Shown here piece after piece: positions 63,000-64,000 of a stretch of DNA of 64,000 nucleotides; positions within the stretch are counted from its first letter, which is position 1, and each line of letters starts with the position of its first letter. The stretch is from IMG/VR virus record IMGVR_UViG_3300003973_000001, positions 1 to 64,000 of that record; one strand, given 5' to 3'. Position numbers and translations under genes: made by a program. The notes under the pieces are model-generated. The model ran no database searches. It was not told where the DNA came from and saw only the letters and a list, made by a program, of their open reading frames with translations. The stretch is from a virus. Taxonomy: Duplodnaviria > Heunggongvirae > Uroviricota > Caudoviricetes.

Positions 63000-64000
63000 A
63001 ACCGAGACGATTTTGTGGTAAAATTGTAGCAAATAATGCTGTGATAAGCCCAGATTCGTCTTATTTTTGTTATTATGAGTCGAAACAGGGTTAAAAAGGT
63101 GTAAAAGCGTGACAAAAGTGCTAAATAACGCTTAATAAGGCTTATTTATGGCTTATTATAGGCGTATCGGTGAATATATGATGAAATATCGTTAAAATAG
63201 CTTTCGAACGACCTTAACGTACAGAGGTAGATGGTAGAAGGGGTTAGTTGTATTTAAGTACCTATTTTATGTCGTAAATAACCCCTCTGGATGGTTAAAT
63301 AGGGTAGGGGAAGTAAGGATGTTGACGAGACGCTTTACGAGAGGGATAAAATAGCAAAAAAGTCAATGGTTGGTAAGATTAGGGTAGGATTAGTGGAGAT
63401 TCGTATCGGAATCGGTAAAATATTTGTGGTGTGTGGATGAGGGTACATAGGTCGGTTGGCTAGGAAAAGTCCCCCTAATATGTGGTAAATAGCCCCCCTA
63501 CGCCTGTCATCCTATTTCCTATTAGTGCGACACGTACACGCCACACATGCAGGCAGGCGCACACATACGCGCACACGTACACGCGCGAGCGCATGGAAGG
63601 AAATGGAAAAGTTGAGAGACTCCTTACAATGGGAATCATTTACTATACATTGTTTATGCATACGCTGAATAGCGCGCAGGAGGAGAGGGAAAATTCCACC
63701 GACCCAATAGGGATAGGCTTCTCGGTAAGGAATGCATGCGGTGTGGAACATGGAGCTACCATACATATTTATTCATTCTTACCACTCACCACGACACCAT
63801 ACAACCTCAATTAATCCCACGCTTTCCAACACCACAAACCCACTAATACCAATACTTCAACCACTATGACAACATACCATACAACTAACATCAATCACCA
63901 CTGTATAAACACTGCATATACAACGTTATACATTCCAACAATTACCAACAAGACTATATCAACTATACAACCTACTTGTATACATGGCATCATCGAATAC
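63000..64000. other. ORF-free region with extreme, polarity-switching strand composition and a (CA/CG)n core
   Basis: 63000-63500 is C-poor and G/T/A-rich on the plus strand. 63520-63600 has CACGTACACGC/CACACATACGCGCACACG microsatellite-like words. 63780-64000 is almost G-free and C/A-rich. No credible ORF. Confidence 0.5.

Noticed and set aside
63482-63814. 110-aa ORF (both strands) in the terminal low-complexity region
   Set aside because: It lies entirely in the (CA/CG)n skewed DNA and translates to H/T/R/A repeats with no RBS. It is almost certainly non-coding.

Overview
This window is a 64 kb segment of a large, AT-rich (roughly 35% GC) tailed dsDNA phage of a low-GC Gram-positive host. 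The gene content fits a Bacillus cereus-group siphovirus-type phage with a very long tail. All calls rest on ORF structure, RBS context and protein motifs I recognise by eye; no database search was possible. Layout, left to right: (1) 1-8300 is a plus-strand early/accessory arm. It contains a RusA-like resolvase, an SPFH/band-7 protein, a MazF/PemK-like toxin with an overlapping small ORF, an XRE-family repressor divergent from a small gene, and a Rap-Phr quorum-sensing cassette. (2) 8329-48410 is one giant minus-strand late block. In order of transcription: small/large terminase, portal, protease-scaffold fusion, major capsid, head-tail genes, a major tail protein with an in-frame open extension beyond its TGA stop, a 2216-aa tail fibre, holin, a tyrosine recombinase, a 2500-aa tape-measure protein, distal tail proteins, an HExxH tail protein, fibres, and amidase endolysin with holin-like and papain-like proteins. 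(3) 48673-51346 is a minus-strand island of at least 12 canonical tRNAs plus 3 aberrant tRNA-like elements, punctuated by hairpins. An HU-like gene and a phage sigma factor follow (to 52584). (4) 54600-57000 is an origin-like region. Iteron arrays and a palindromic-repeat array with DnaA boxes flank a winged-helix gene. (5) 57054-62990 holds an antirepressor (Bro-N/KilA-C), a UvrD-like helicase, and a ParM/ParR-like partition cassette with upstream repeat sites. (6) 63000-64000 is an ORF-free, compositionally extreme region. A conserved 19-bp intergenic element (about 20 copies in two sequence classes, always oriented with the downstream gene) punctuates the whole window and is probably a phage promoter/5'-leader element. 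The combination of partition cassette, origin-like repeats, recombinase, repressor/antirepressor and Rap-Phr suggests a temperate, possibly plasmid-like prophage lifestyle.
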